The translations under genes and the position numbers were made by a program. From NCBI RefSeq assembly GCF_032191835.1, contig NC_083223.1, positions 259,718,001 to 259,782,000 of the forward strand: a stretch of DNA of 64,000 nt, in the 5' to 3' direction. The notes under the pieces were generated by a model. It worked only from the letters and a program-made list of their open reading frames with translations. It was not told the DNA's origin and ran no database searches. The stretch comes from Heteronotia binoei (taxonomy: Eukaryota). Of the stretch, positions 47,337 to 58,445 are shown in pieces (position 1 is the first letter of the stretch; each line of letters starts with the position of its first letter).

Positions 47337-49097
47337 TAACGCACACGCCTGCTTCTAGGACAGCCCTAGAAACTGCAAGCGCATGAGGTTTTGCTCTCAG
47401 AAAAAGTGCAGAGAGCGCCTGAGGGACAGAAAGGCCTCCAGGTATGAGTCACTGCTTTCACAGGTAGCATCTTGTGCTAATGAGCTCCAGAGGAAGAGGA
47501 GCAGAGACCGCAGCATCCACCAGTCTGTATGAACGTGCAGCCCACGATCTGCCAGGGCAAACAGAACAGCAATGTCCCTGTGGTGTCCAAGGCTACTCCT
47601 GGAAGGAGAGGCAAGCGAAGGCGGCTCCCTCTGAATCACAGCTCCTTTCAGATGGGGACTGATTGCCGAAATTATACACAGCTAAGGGGAGCATAATCAT
47701 CACTTTCAGTGACACTTGTCAGGAACATTTGGGCTACGTACGCAGAGACCCTTATGACGCTACTTGATGGGGAGAAACAGCTGCGCATTAGAATGCAGCA
47801 AGATTAATGTATGTGCCTGCAAAGGGCAAAAAAACCTGCAAGCAACTTCAGAGGTGATCTGTTCTCTAGAAGAATTCTCATTACTTGTACCCTCTTGCCA
47901 CACTTTTGGTGGGAGGCAGAAAAAGAGCCAGAGTTGAAGCCGAGGGTTTTGAGGGAGAAGATGGACTACAGCCAGGTTGCCATAGCTCAACCTTGGCAGA
48001 AACCCTTAACAGATTTACCTTCATCTGCCTGCCCTACAGGCCTAATTTTCCTCTTGAAAATGGAAAATGCTACCTTGCTAATTTCCTTTAAAAAGGCAGG
48101 AACTTTCCACATTCACACGCTAAGGCAACAATGGGTTTCCATCTTGCAATTAATGTGGGAAGGCAGTGCCTATCATTAGAGCGAGGAGGTCAGGCGGGGT
48201 TATAGCGCAGTGGCAAAGCGCATGCTTTGCAAGGAGAAATTTATTTAACCAAGGTGGTGAACATCAAACCAGCCTCCCATTCACACCACAACCACCTTAA
48301 AAAAAAAAATTCCAGCAGCAGAGCTGGGAAAGTGCCAGTCAGAAATATTAGAGAAGCAGCTGCCAATCCAAGCAGTATAATCAACAAAAAGGGATCACAG
48401 TTGATAAGACAGGCAATGAAAGCAACAAATACTGTGATGTACTGGCTAACAATGTTTAATAAAACCATTTAAAAACCTTTTAAATATCTTTTTGTACTTC
48501 ACTAGAAATAGCCATTTCACATAACAATATTATCACAGAGGTCCATTTTCACATTTCAGTCTTACAAGAAAGGTCCTATGAGCACCCGGATACAGGCTCA
48601 TTTCATCAATGGACTTCCTCAGGAGTAATTCTTCCTATACTTCTTCCAGGGTAACCAGGCTCTTGTAACAACCCAATGTTAATGCTTTTCTACAATATGT
48701 GAGAATGGACCTCTGCGATAATATTGTTATGTGAAATTGTTATTTCCAGTGAAGTACAACAATACATTTAAAATGGTTCTGTTAAACATTGTTAGCCAGC
48801 ACATCACAATATTTGTTTCTTTCATTGTCAGAGCAGGCCAATACCAAACTAGATGGATGGATGAATGATCAGGCTCTCCAGACCTTCATTTATTTTTATG
48901 ACCGATCACAGAACTATCACCCCCAGAGAAATTTTACAATCACATGGTAAGATATTCCCATGTTCTTATTTATCTATTTACTTTATATTTATATCCAGCC
49001 CACTCTGCAAGCAGACTCAGGGCAGCTAATGATCAAATAGCATCTAAAAACAATACAATTCTAAAATTACTAAAAACATTAAAATACAACACATACG

Positions 49098-49275
49098 AAG
49101 CTGCCTTATACTGAAACAGACCACAGGTCCATCAAAGTCTTCTCAGACTGGCAGCAGCTCTCCAGGATCTCTGGCAAAACTTTTTCACACCACCTGCTTA
49201 CTTGATCCTTTTTAACTGGAGATGTCGAGGACTTCGGCATGCTAAGCAGAGGCTCTTCCCACTGAGCCACAGCCC
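49098..49275 (-). mobile_element. Squam2-like SINE
   Basis: Same family. Confidence 0.72.
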
Positions 49276-49651
49276 CTTCCCACAGGGCTGAGTTGAGACC
49301 CACACAACCAAGCACAAGCACAGAACATCAACCGAGTTCTCCCTCTGCTATGGTAACGTCAGATTTCCCCTGAAATAGGTCAGGCTGAAATGCCTCTCTC
49401 AAAGCTTCCCTCTGGTAACTGCCAAACATGCTGCAACTTGCAGGCTGCAGTCAGCCCAGAAGGCACCATTGAAAACAAGTATGACTTTAAGAGCTGTCTG
49501 TAAGGTCCCATCAAGCCACAAATAACATAATCGCAGGTCCAGTTTCTGCCTCCTTTCATATTTGACGACACTCATGTAAAGCACCTCACCCCTGAAAACT
49601 TAGTCATCCAAAGTGCACCCCCCCCCAAACCTCACAACCCCAAGACATAGA

Positions 49652-50130
49652 ATCATAAGAGAAGTCATGTTGAATCAGGCCAATGGCCCATCCAGTCCAG
49701 CACTCCATGAAGAAGACATTGGATTTATATTCCACCCTCCACTCAAGAGTCTCAGAGCGGCTCGCAATCTCTGTTATCTTCCTCCCCCACAACAAACACC
49801 CTGTGAGGTGGGTGGGGCTGAGAGAGCTCTCACAGAGGCTGCCCTCTCAAGGACAAGCTCTGTGAAAACTATGGCTGATCCAAGGCCATTACAGCAGCTG
49901 CAAGTGGAGGAGTGGGGAATCAAACCTGGTTCTCCCAGATGTCCACACACTTAACCACTACACTAAATTGGCTCTCCACTGTGTCACACAGTGGCCAAAA
50001 AAAAACCAGGCACCATCAGGAGGTCCATCAGTGGGGCCAGGACACTAGAAGACCTCCCATTGTGCCCCCTCCCAAGCACCAAGTACACAGAGCATCACTG
50101 CCCCAGACAGAGAGTTGCAACAATACGCAG
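49652..50130 (-). mobile_element. CR1 3' UTR fragment split by a SINE
   Basis: CR1 tail sequence on both sides of the SINE at 49709-49976. Confidence 0.75.
49709..49976 (-). mobile_element. Squam3B-like SINE nested in CR1
   Basis: Same family. Confidence 0.85.
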
Positions 50131-51712
50131 TGGCTAATTCAACATCAAGCTTCAGAAATTGTTCCATGTGTATATTCCATTTTCATGGTCTGACTCTTGA
50201 AATGCTGACCAAAGCTGCCTGCAGGTATCTTTCCAAACTGTCTTTTTTGAGCACAATTCAGAACTTCAAGAACCACAACAACCCTTGATCAAGATCCCCT
50301 GAAAACTTCACTTGCTAAGAATAACATACCTCAGTGGCCCTCATGCTGCAGGCTACCCTAATGCTCCAACAGCAATATTGCCATTTCCTATCCAAGGTGC
50401 CTACTGGACAACCCTCTTCTGAGGCACTGTTTTCTGAAACCCCACCTCCAAGAGCAGGGGGTCCCCCAACATTTTCAGCCTCTGGGCACCTTTTGAATTT
50501 TGACATTGGGTGGTGGGCACAACCACAAGACGGCTGCTATGGAAAGCAGAGCCAGCCACAAAACCACTGCCACAGGAAGTGGAAGCACACACTGAAGAAG
50601 CTTCAGTGCAAAGAGAGGTATTCTTAAAAGAGTACTGAGAAAGAGGAGCAAGGGTGAGACTAAAACCAATGCTATGGTGGCAGCTGCCACTGAAACATTA
50701 TTTTAATCTGCCCAGCCAGTCAGAATCCCTGCTGGAAAGAGTCTCACCTGACTTCACACACTTTCTAAAATAACTTGGTGGTCCACAGACACCACTAGGG
50801 ACCCCTATCTGAGGGGAAATTTCTGAAAGCAAGCCTAGTTACCATGTAGATCTATGAACACATCTCCAGCTGGTTTCAAATATTAAAAAATGGCATTGGG
50901 CCACGCAACATGAGGCCAGAGGGGAGGGGATAGAACCTAACCCTTCTCCTGCATAATTCCCACAGCTCCCTTGAGGTGGAAATGCAAGCACTCCTGGGAT
51001 GCCTATATCTCCCATCCTCCACCCCCTGCAGAGCAAACAACCAAGATAGGAAGGAGGGTGATAGCCCCATCTGAATCAAGGCCCTGGTGCATTCCACAAA
51101 GTAGTGGGAAATTCACTAACAGATGTTTGACCTAGCATTACTTGGAGAGAATAAAAGTAAAGCTCTAAGGTAGGGCTACTGCAAGATATGCAAAGCAATC
51201 TAAACACCCAGATGTGCCATAAAGCATTCACAGCAGCTGTGGGGTTTTGTTTATATTTGTGTAATTTTATATGGTTACACCTAGCCCTCAGACAACACCC
51301 TAACACATCTCCCGCTCTTTCCATGTCTGCTCTGTTTTATTCCACACTACCCCTAAAGGTCCACCCACCAACACTTCCACTATCCCACAGTCCTACCCAC
51401 TCCAACCTCAACTTTCCCACAGTCTCTTAAACAGGTTCAGGCCCTCCTTCTCTACCTTCTCACATTACATTGATTCTTCCAGCACCCATTGCCCCATAGC
51501 TAACACACCCTGTGATCGCCTCATCCTCCTGTGAGAGAACCCCACACTTGTACCACTTTTCCCACAACGATCCCACAGGAGTAGCTGTGTTGCCAATACA
51601 CAGGAGTCCTGTGGCATCTTAAAAAGCCAACAATCCTTTTAGTCCAGAACAAAACTGAGCTGATTTTCCCAAGACGCCATAGATTACCTGTGCACTCCTT
51701 CCTCAAGACCAT

Positions 51713-51919
51713 CAACCCACCTTAACACCCCCTACCTTTACAAAATGTATCGCTCCATGCAGACCCCTACACAGACCTTACTAGCTTTCCACATTCCATA
51801 CCCTCAAGAACCCCCACTCAGACACCCCCTGGGACTAACCTTCCTAGAACTCTTTGCCCAGAAACCCCTCCTTCAAGACTCTTTTCCCAGAATCCCTCGC
51901 TTCAAGTTACACTACATGG
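51713..51919 (+). repeat. Direct repeat copy A (207 bp)
   Basis: About 88% identical to 52252-52475, excluding a 17-nt indel. Confidence 0.92.
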
Positions 51920-52251
51920 CAGAGGTGGCCAAATTTTGGCTTGGGAGCCACATGTGGCTCTTTCACACACATTATGTGGCTCTTGAAGCCCTCACCACCC
52001 CATCAGCCAGTTGGGTGAAGGTATTTGTCCCTTTAAATCATTTCTCCAAGCCAAGTCAAACAAGCAGCTTGGAGAATGCATTTTAAGTTAAAGTTGCTTT
52101 CTTTCCACCAATCCCTCAACCATCTATTTGACTTCCTTCCTGCCTCCCTTCCTTGCAACTCTCAAATATCTGATGCCCATGTCTTGCGGCTCTCAAACAT
52201 TTGATGTTTGTTCTATGTGGCTCTTACATTAAGCAAGTTTGGCCACCCCTG
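51920..52251. mobile_element. hAT MITE (CAGGGGTGGCCAAA family) lacking an 8-bp TSD
   Basis: TIRs cagaggtggccaaa/tttggccacccctg; flanked by a ~210-bp direct repeat. Confidence 0.85.
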
Positions 52252-52475
52252 CAACCCACCTTAACACTGCATACATTTACAAAACGTATCACTCCATACA
52301 TACCCCTACACAGATCTTACTAGCCTCCCACACTTCATACCCTCAAGAACCTCCACTCAGACACCCCCTGGGACTAGCCTTCCCAGAACCCTTTGCCCAG
52401 AAACCCCTCCTTCAAGACCCTCTCCCTTTTTTACTCTTCTCCCCAGAATCCCTCGCTTCAAGTTATAGTATATGC
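52252..52475 (+). repeat. Direct repeat copy B (224 bp)
   Basis: Starts at the first base after the MITE TIR. Confidence 0.92.
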
Positions 52476-52724
52476 TAAAGATCCCCCTCCCATTCAAGGG
52501 CACCCCCCCCGGACTCACTTTCCCACAACCCTCTGCGCACAGTTCCTCCTTCATCCATTAGCCCTTCAGGGCCCCCTCCCCTCTTGACCACCCCACTTCC
52601 CAGGTACTTCCCCCGCCATGGATTCCCCCCTCAGGTCGAGGATCAGGGTAGGACCCCTCACAAAGCGTTCCCCACTTCCCATGAGCCTCTTCGCAGGCCC
52701 TGTTTTTCTCTCCCTCTCCCCCAC

Positions 52725-52733
52725 CTTCTCCAT
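52725..52733 (-). CDS. STIP1: STIP1 exon 1 coding part (ATG GAG AAG)
   Basis: ggcgccATGGAGAAG|GTgggg in a CpG island with a strong Kozak context. Adding these 9 nt brings the CDS to 1632 nt (543 aa), as in mammals. Confidence 0.88.
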
Positions 52734-52831
52734 GGCGCCGGCCGGGTCTCCGCGCCACCACTACCGCCGCCTCTACTTAAGCCTTCCTCTCCTCCCACCT
52801 TCCTGCGCCCGCCTTTCCTTTCCCACCCCGC

Positions 52832-52851
52832 CTTCTGGAACCTGCTAGAAC
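52832..52851. promoter_or_regulatory. Heat shock element
   Basis: cTTCtgGAAccTGCtaGAAc: alternating nGAAn units (3 perfect, 1 with a mismatch) about 100 bp upstream of the STIP1 ATG; STIP1 is an established HSF1 target. Confidence 0.75.
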
Positions 52852-54261
52852 CCTCTGGCCCCGCCCCCGAACCCCGATTGGCTCCCGCCTCTCCCCTTGG
52901 GACACGCCCCTCCCCCGCCTCGGCGAGGCGTTCATAGGGCATGCTTTCCAGCACTCTCTACGGCCCCGCCCTCGCCTCGCCTTCATTGGTGAGAATTCTA
53001 CTCCCCTTGGCTCGACAGCGTCCCGCCTACACCTCGCGCTGATAGGGTGCCCGTCACTCGCCGGATAGGTCAAAGAGGTTGACTGGCGTCTGCCTGTGTC
53101 AAAAGGGGAGGGGGCGGATTAGGAAAGGCATCCTGGATTCTTATTGGCCGTGATGTGACGAGTGGGTTGTCCCTAATAAAGCATCCACCTTTACATTTCA
53201 TTGAGCAAAGCCAGACTAAGGTCCCATTGGACGATATTGGATAAAACGTCATCGAGCGCTAAGCTTATTGGTTGGATATTCCCTCGTGCCGGTTCACTCA
53301 AAAATCTTTTCCATTGGTTTTTCAGGTTACTTCTTTTTTTTTTGCAGTCTCTCAATTGGACGTAAAGGGTGACGTCAGCGCTATGCATTTTAAAAAGAGG
53401 TAACCGGAAAATACAGGTTTTTCCTCCCCTCGCGCTGGTTTTGTTGGATGTGATGTGCTGATACGTGTTTCCGTTCCCCACGTTTTCAGGTGCTGTTTTC
53501 ACGCGTGCCCACAAAAAGCTGTTTTCTTTCAAATATCCCTTATTTGTACCTTTAGATTTATTCTGAAAGTAATGTTAACTATTTAATTAATTTGATCCGG
53601 GTGGCTAGCCGTGTTGGTCTGAAGCAATAGAACCAAGTTGGAGTTCAGTGCTACATGTTAAAAAGTGAATTAGGTAACAAGAACCCTTCCAGAAAATAGT
53701 TCTCAGTTTAACCCAGACTTTTAAGAAACCAGAGCGCAATTAACAGACAGCTTTTATTGCTATGGAACACCTTCAATTCTTACCCCCCCCCCCCCCAGTT
53801 TTCAAACTTTATTGATATTAAACAGGATACAACACTATTACTTGAGAGAAGGGAAGTGGAGCAGTAAGTTATCAAAACCAAAAAGGCTTAGCATAGAGTA
53901 TGGTATGCACATATTACACTGAACATGATCAATTATTACAATTTAGGATTATGAAGTATTTCAATATTTCCAAAACACATCAAGGCAAGTAAGTTTAGAA
54001 AAAATTGGAAAATAATTCCAGAAATAAACAAATAGATTTATAAATATATATGTATATAAATCAGTGTTAGGAAATATTTAATAATAGTGTTATAAATTAG
54101 TGTTAGTGTTAAATCAGTGTTAATTTTCTTCAATTCTGACATGCAGATGCTATCCAGACCAAATGTCCTTTCAATTTGTTAATTTCACTGTTTTGCTATT
54201 GGATTATAACTACCATTTTGCATGCTTAACCACTGCCCACCAGCTATATGTAACTCTGCTG

Positions 54262-54503
54262 ACTGTACACCATTCCTTCGTCTGATGAAGTGTGCATGCA
54301 TACAAAAGCTTACATTCTGAATAAAACTCGGCTGGTCTTAAAGGTTCTACTGGACTCCAACTTTGCTATATAGTTGTTTTAATACCCGTGGGCAGCTGTG
54401 TTGGTCTGAAGCAGCAGAACAAAGTTGGAGTCCAGTAGCACCTTTAAGACCAAGTTTTATTTCAAGGTATACATTTTCGTGTGCTTGCACACTTTTTCAG
54501 ATA
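54262..54503. repeat. Inverted pair of Penelope-like repeats, each with a hammerhead remnant
   Basis: CTGATGA-AGTGTG-CATG-CATAC-AAAAGCTT (plus) and CTGAAAA-AGTGTG-CAAG-CACAC-GAAA (minus). Confidence 0.68.
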
Positions 54504-54849
54504 ATTATAATTAAGCATATGTTTTGGGTCTGCAGTATTGTGTGATGCTCAGGCTGAAAGCCTTTCTTAACAGTGGCTTTGCACAAACATGAGCCTCCAA
54601 TTTTCCTTTAAGTAACACATGCAACCATGGGTTGCCAACCTACATATGGAGCTGGAGATCTCCCAGAATTCAACTCCACATGACAAAGATCTGTTCCAAA
54701 TATAGCAAACTGATGTTTTGGAGAGTGGTCTCTGTGGCATCAAACTCTCCTGAAGCCCCTCCTGTCTGCAAACTCTGCTATACCCAGGCTCCATGCCCTC
54801 CTCAAATCTCCAGGAATTTCCTAACCCAGAAATGGTCTGGCAGAGACAG

Positions 54850-55468
54850 ACCAAGAGAGAGATCTTGGGGTCATGGTAGATAATTCACTGAAAATGTCAA
54901 GACAGTGTGCGTTTGCAATAAAAAAGGCCAACGCCATGCTGGGAATTATTAGGAAGGGAATTGAAAACAAATCAGCCAGTATCATAATGCCTCTGTATAA
55001 ATCGATGGTGCGGTCTCATTTGGAGTACTGTGTGCAGTTCTGGTCGCCGCACCTCAAAAAGGATATTATAGCATTGGAGAAAGTTCAGAAAAGGGCAACT
55101 AAAATGATTAAAGGGCTGGAACACCTTCCCTATGAAGAAAGGTTGAAACGCTTAGGGCTCTTTAGCTTGGAGAAACGTCGACTGAGGGGTGACATGATAG
55201 AAGTTTACAAGATAATGCATGGGATGGAGAAAGTAGAGAAAGAAGTACTTTTCTCCCTTTCTCACAATACAAGAACTCGTGGGCATTCGATGAAATTGCT
55301 GAGCAGACAGGTTAAAACGGATAAAAGGAAGTACTTCTTCACCCAAAGGGTGATTAACATGTGGAATTCACTGCCACAGGAGGTGGTGGCGTCCACAAGC
55401 ATAGCCACCTTCAAGAAGGGGTTAGATAAAAATATGGAGCAGAGGTCCATCAGTGGCTATTAGCCACA

Positions 55469-55525
<57 letters not shown>

Positions 55526-55606
55526 GCCGCTGTGTGACACAGAATGTTGGACTGGATGGGCCATTGGCCTGATCTAACATGGCTTCTCTTATGTTCTTAT
55601 GTTCTT
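54850..55606 (+). mobile_element. CR1 LINE 3' fragment with (TTATGTTC)n tail and an internal (GT)n(AT)n microsatellite
   Basis: Open 196-aa ORF 54873-55463 with HLEYCVQFWSP, LEKVQKRATKMI and LFSLEKRRLRGD; microsatellite at about 55467-55522. Confidence 0.93.
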
Positions 55607-55764
55607 AATGGCAACCCTTGAAGCTTTAGCTAGTTAAAATGCATTTTAAAAGCATTGTTGGTGTATCTTATGATGCTTCTTTGAGGATTAATGCTGTGAA
55701 ACGTATAAAGCACTGCCTACTATCAATGCTGTGGTCCTATGCACACCTGGGAATAATAATAAGT

Positions 55765-56145
55765 TTTTATTTATACCCCGCCCTCCCCGCCAAGGCAGGC
55801 TCAGGGCGGCTTACAGACATGATACGATATCATGATATCACAATAACAGATAAAATCAATCGACAATATAAATACAAATATAAATTAGTTTTAAAAAGCT
55901 AAAACAATACAGTGGTGCTACAGTCTTTATTTATCCAGGCAGCGTAATATTCATTCTGGTTACGTCTTAAAGGCTTCTTGGAAGAGGGCAGTTTTGCAGG
56001 CCCTGCGGAACTGGTTGAGGTCCCGCAGGGCCCGCACCTCTTCTGGCAGCTGGTTCCACCATTGGGGCGCTTTTATAGAGAAGGCCAGCTCCCTAGTTGT
56101 TTTAAGTTTGGCCTCCTTAGGCCCAGGGATTTCCAAGAGATGCTC
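55765..56145 (-). mobile_element. L2 3' fragment (related subfamily)
   Basis: PGPKEAKLKTTRELAFSIKAPQWWNQLPEEVRALRDLNQFRRACKTALF plus the GCCGCCCTGAG...GGGCGGGGTATAAAT tail. Confidence 0.88.
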
Positions 56146-56334
56146 TATTGCATACATTAGACCTTGCTTCTGAGTAAATGCCTATCGGGTTATGCTATAT
56201 ATTCCATAGGAACAATGTGAAAAAAGAAGAAACATGTTAGCTGCACTTGAAATGAAATGTAACTGTTGCATGTGGGACCCAACTTACTTGCAAACTGGAA
56301 GACACGTAGTTTGAGATTCCTAAGTGTGTTGAGT

Positions 56335-57411
56335 TTCTGGAGACCAAGTCCTATGAAGAAAGATTGAAGGAGCTGGGCATATTTAGCCTGGAGAGGAGGC
56401 AGCAGAGAGGTGATGTGATCACCATCTTCAAGTACTTGAAGGGCTGTCATATAGAGCAGTGGTCCCCAACCTTTTTGGCCCTAGGGACTGGCCCCAGGGC
56501 CAGCAGGGTGGGGGCACCCAATTCAGCCTCCCCCGCGATGCCTCCTCCCCCTGTTTTTCTCCCCGTTTCCTCCTCCCTCCTTCACCCCCTGCACAGCCTT
56601 GCCACCTCCTCCTCCCCTCGTTTCCTCCTCCCCCCCCGTGCAACCTCACCGCCTCTTAAAGGTGCAACTTAACTCCTACTTTGTTCTACTGGTTCAGACC
56701 AAGATGGCTGCCCACTTGGATCTATACTGCTTCCCATATTTCTTCCTGCCTCCTTGGCCCCCCCAGCGCAGCCTTGCTGCCTCCTCCTTGCCCCCGTTTT
56801 AACCATTTTAAGGCCGGGGAAGGGGCCCTGAAGCTCCTTTCAGGCCGACCCCCCCCCCCGGAAGGAGGCAAGGGCCGCTGCTGCGGCGGTTTTTCCAGCT
56901 GATCAGCTGATCCACGGGGGGGGGGGGGCGTAGGCCTGAAAGGCGCTTCACAGCCCCTTCCCTGGACAAAATGGTGAAAAAGGGGTCGAGGAGGAGGCGC
57001 TGCCGGGGGGGGGGGGGATAAGGCTGCGCAGCCCATTGCAAACAGGCTGCGGCCCAGTACCCGTTCCTGGCCCGGGGGTTGGGGACCCCTGATATTGAGG
57101 ATGGTGTGGAATTGTTTTCTGTGGCCCCAGAAGGTGGAACCAGAACCAGTGGTTTGAAATTAAATCAAAAGAGTTTCCGGCTCAACATGAGGAAGAACTT
57201 CCTGACCGTTGGAGCGGTTCCTCAGTGGAACAGGCTTCCTCAGGAGGTGGTGGGCTCTCCTTCCTTGGAGGTTTTTCAACAGAGGCTAGATGGCCATTTG
57301 ACAGCAATGAAGATCCTGTGAATTTAGGGGGAGGTATTTGTGAGTTTCCTACATTGTGCAGGGGGTTGGACTACATAACCCTGGAAGTACCTTCCAATTC
57401 TATGATTCTAT
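56335..57411 (+). mobile_element. CR1 3' fragment ((ATTCTATG)n family) split by a hAT MITE
   Basis: [30 protein letters not shown] resumes as DGVELFSVAPEG...RLDGHL after the insert; tail ttctatgattctatg. Confidence 0.9.
56457..57091. mobile_element. hAT MITE (CAGTGGTCCCCAACC ends) inserted in CR1
   Basis: TIRs match 14/15; TSD atatagag/atattgag. Confidence 0.88.
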
Positions 57412-57429
57412 GAAATGATTGTTCAAACA

Positions 57430-57780
57430 AGGATATGTGAGTGATGTTACCAGATATAGGGTGCATTATCCCATTCTGCAGTCACTCCATTGGCTGCTCC
57501 ATCAGTTTCTAGGCTCAGTTCAAGGTATTGGCTGGCTATCGCATACAAAGTCCTCCATGGCCTTGGTCCATCATATCTTTGGGACTGTGTCTCCCTCTAT
57601 GCTCCGCAACAACAGCTTTGTTCATTTGAACAAGAAAATCAACAGCTGCCGGTTTAGGTGTCTTCTCTGTTGTGGCCCCCACTTTTTGGAAGGGTCTGCC
57701 TGAGGAGGTCAGGAAGGCTCCCACCCTTCAGATTTTCCACAACCTATGTGAAGCTGAATGATTCAAGAGGGTATTTGCGC
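57430..57780 (+). mobile_element. Old L2 3' fragment
   Basis: Degenerate LHWL...KVL...LPEEVR coding remnants. Confidence 0.65.
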
Positions 57781-57802
57781 AGGTAATAGGGCTATGCCCT
57801 AA

Positions 57803-57989
57803 CCTGGATAGCCCAGGTTAGCCTGATCACGTCAGATCTCAGAAGCCGTCGGGTCAACCCTGATTAGTATTTGGATGGGAGACCTCTAAGGGATACCAGG
57901 GTCATGACCAGGCAATGGCAAACCATCTCTGAACGTCTCTTGCCTTGAAAACTTTATGGGGTCACCATAAGTCAGCTGTGACTTGATGG
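57803..57989 (+). mobile_element. 5S rRNA-derived SINE with RTE/Sauria-type tail
   Basis: gatctcagaagc...ttagtatttggatgggagacc (5S internal control region) followed by ggcaatggcaaacca...ataagtcagctgtgacttga. Confidence 0.8.
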
Positions 57990-58141
57990 TTTTCTGCCAC
58001 CAATAGTGCTGCACTGTCACAGTGTGGTTCAGAGAGAGGCCTGGGGTGGATAGCTGTGGACTCTGGACCATACTGCTGTGTATAGTTCTCACTGTCCATT
58101 TTTGAAAGTAGGGTCCTCCTATGTAATTTTTGCTCTTGTTT

Positions 58142-58432
58142 AAGAAGAAGATGAAGAAGATACTGGATTTATATCCCGCCCTCCACTCCGAATCTCAGAG
58201 TCTCAGAGCGGCTCACAATCTCCTTTATCTTCCTTCCCCACAACAGATACCCTGTGAGGTGGGTGGGGCTGGAGAGGGCTCTCACAGCAGCTGCCCTTTC
58301 AAGGACAACCTCTGCCAGAGCTGTGGCTGACCCTAGGCCATTCCAGCAGGTGCAAGTGGAGGAGTGGGGAATCAAACCCGGTTCTTCCAGATAAGAGTCC
58401 GCACACTTAACCACTACACCAAACTGGCTCTC
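58142..58432 (-). mobile_element. Squam3B-like SINE
   Basis: Same family. Confidence 0.85.
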
Positions 58433-58445
58433 TTTAATGTCTTGT

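Larger units (their letters stand above)
52540..53520 (-). promoter_or_regulatory. STIP1 CpG-island promoter
   Basis: High CpG density, several CCGCCC GC boxes, eight CCAAT boxes (minus strand) and a perfect CRE TGACGTCA at 53370-53377. Confidence 0.85.

Noticed and set aside
48196-48231. tRNA-Ala-like sequence ggggttatagcgcagtggcaaagcgcatgctttgca
   Set aside because: Only the 5' half is present, with no T-arm or acceptor stem; it is a SINE head fragment.
57803-57900. 5S rRNA gene
   Set aside because: It is diverged from 5S, lacks the 5S ends, and is fused to an RTE-type tail, so it is a 5S-derived SINE.
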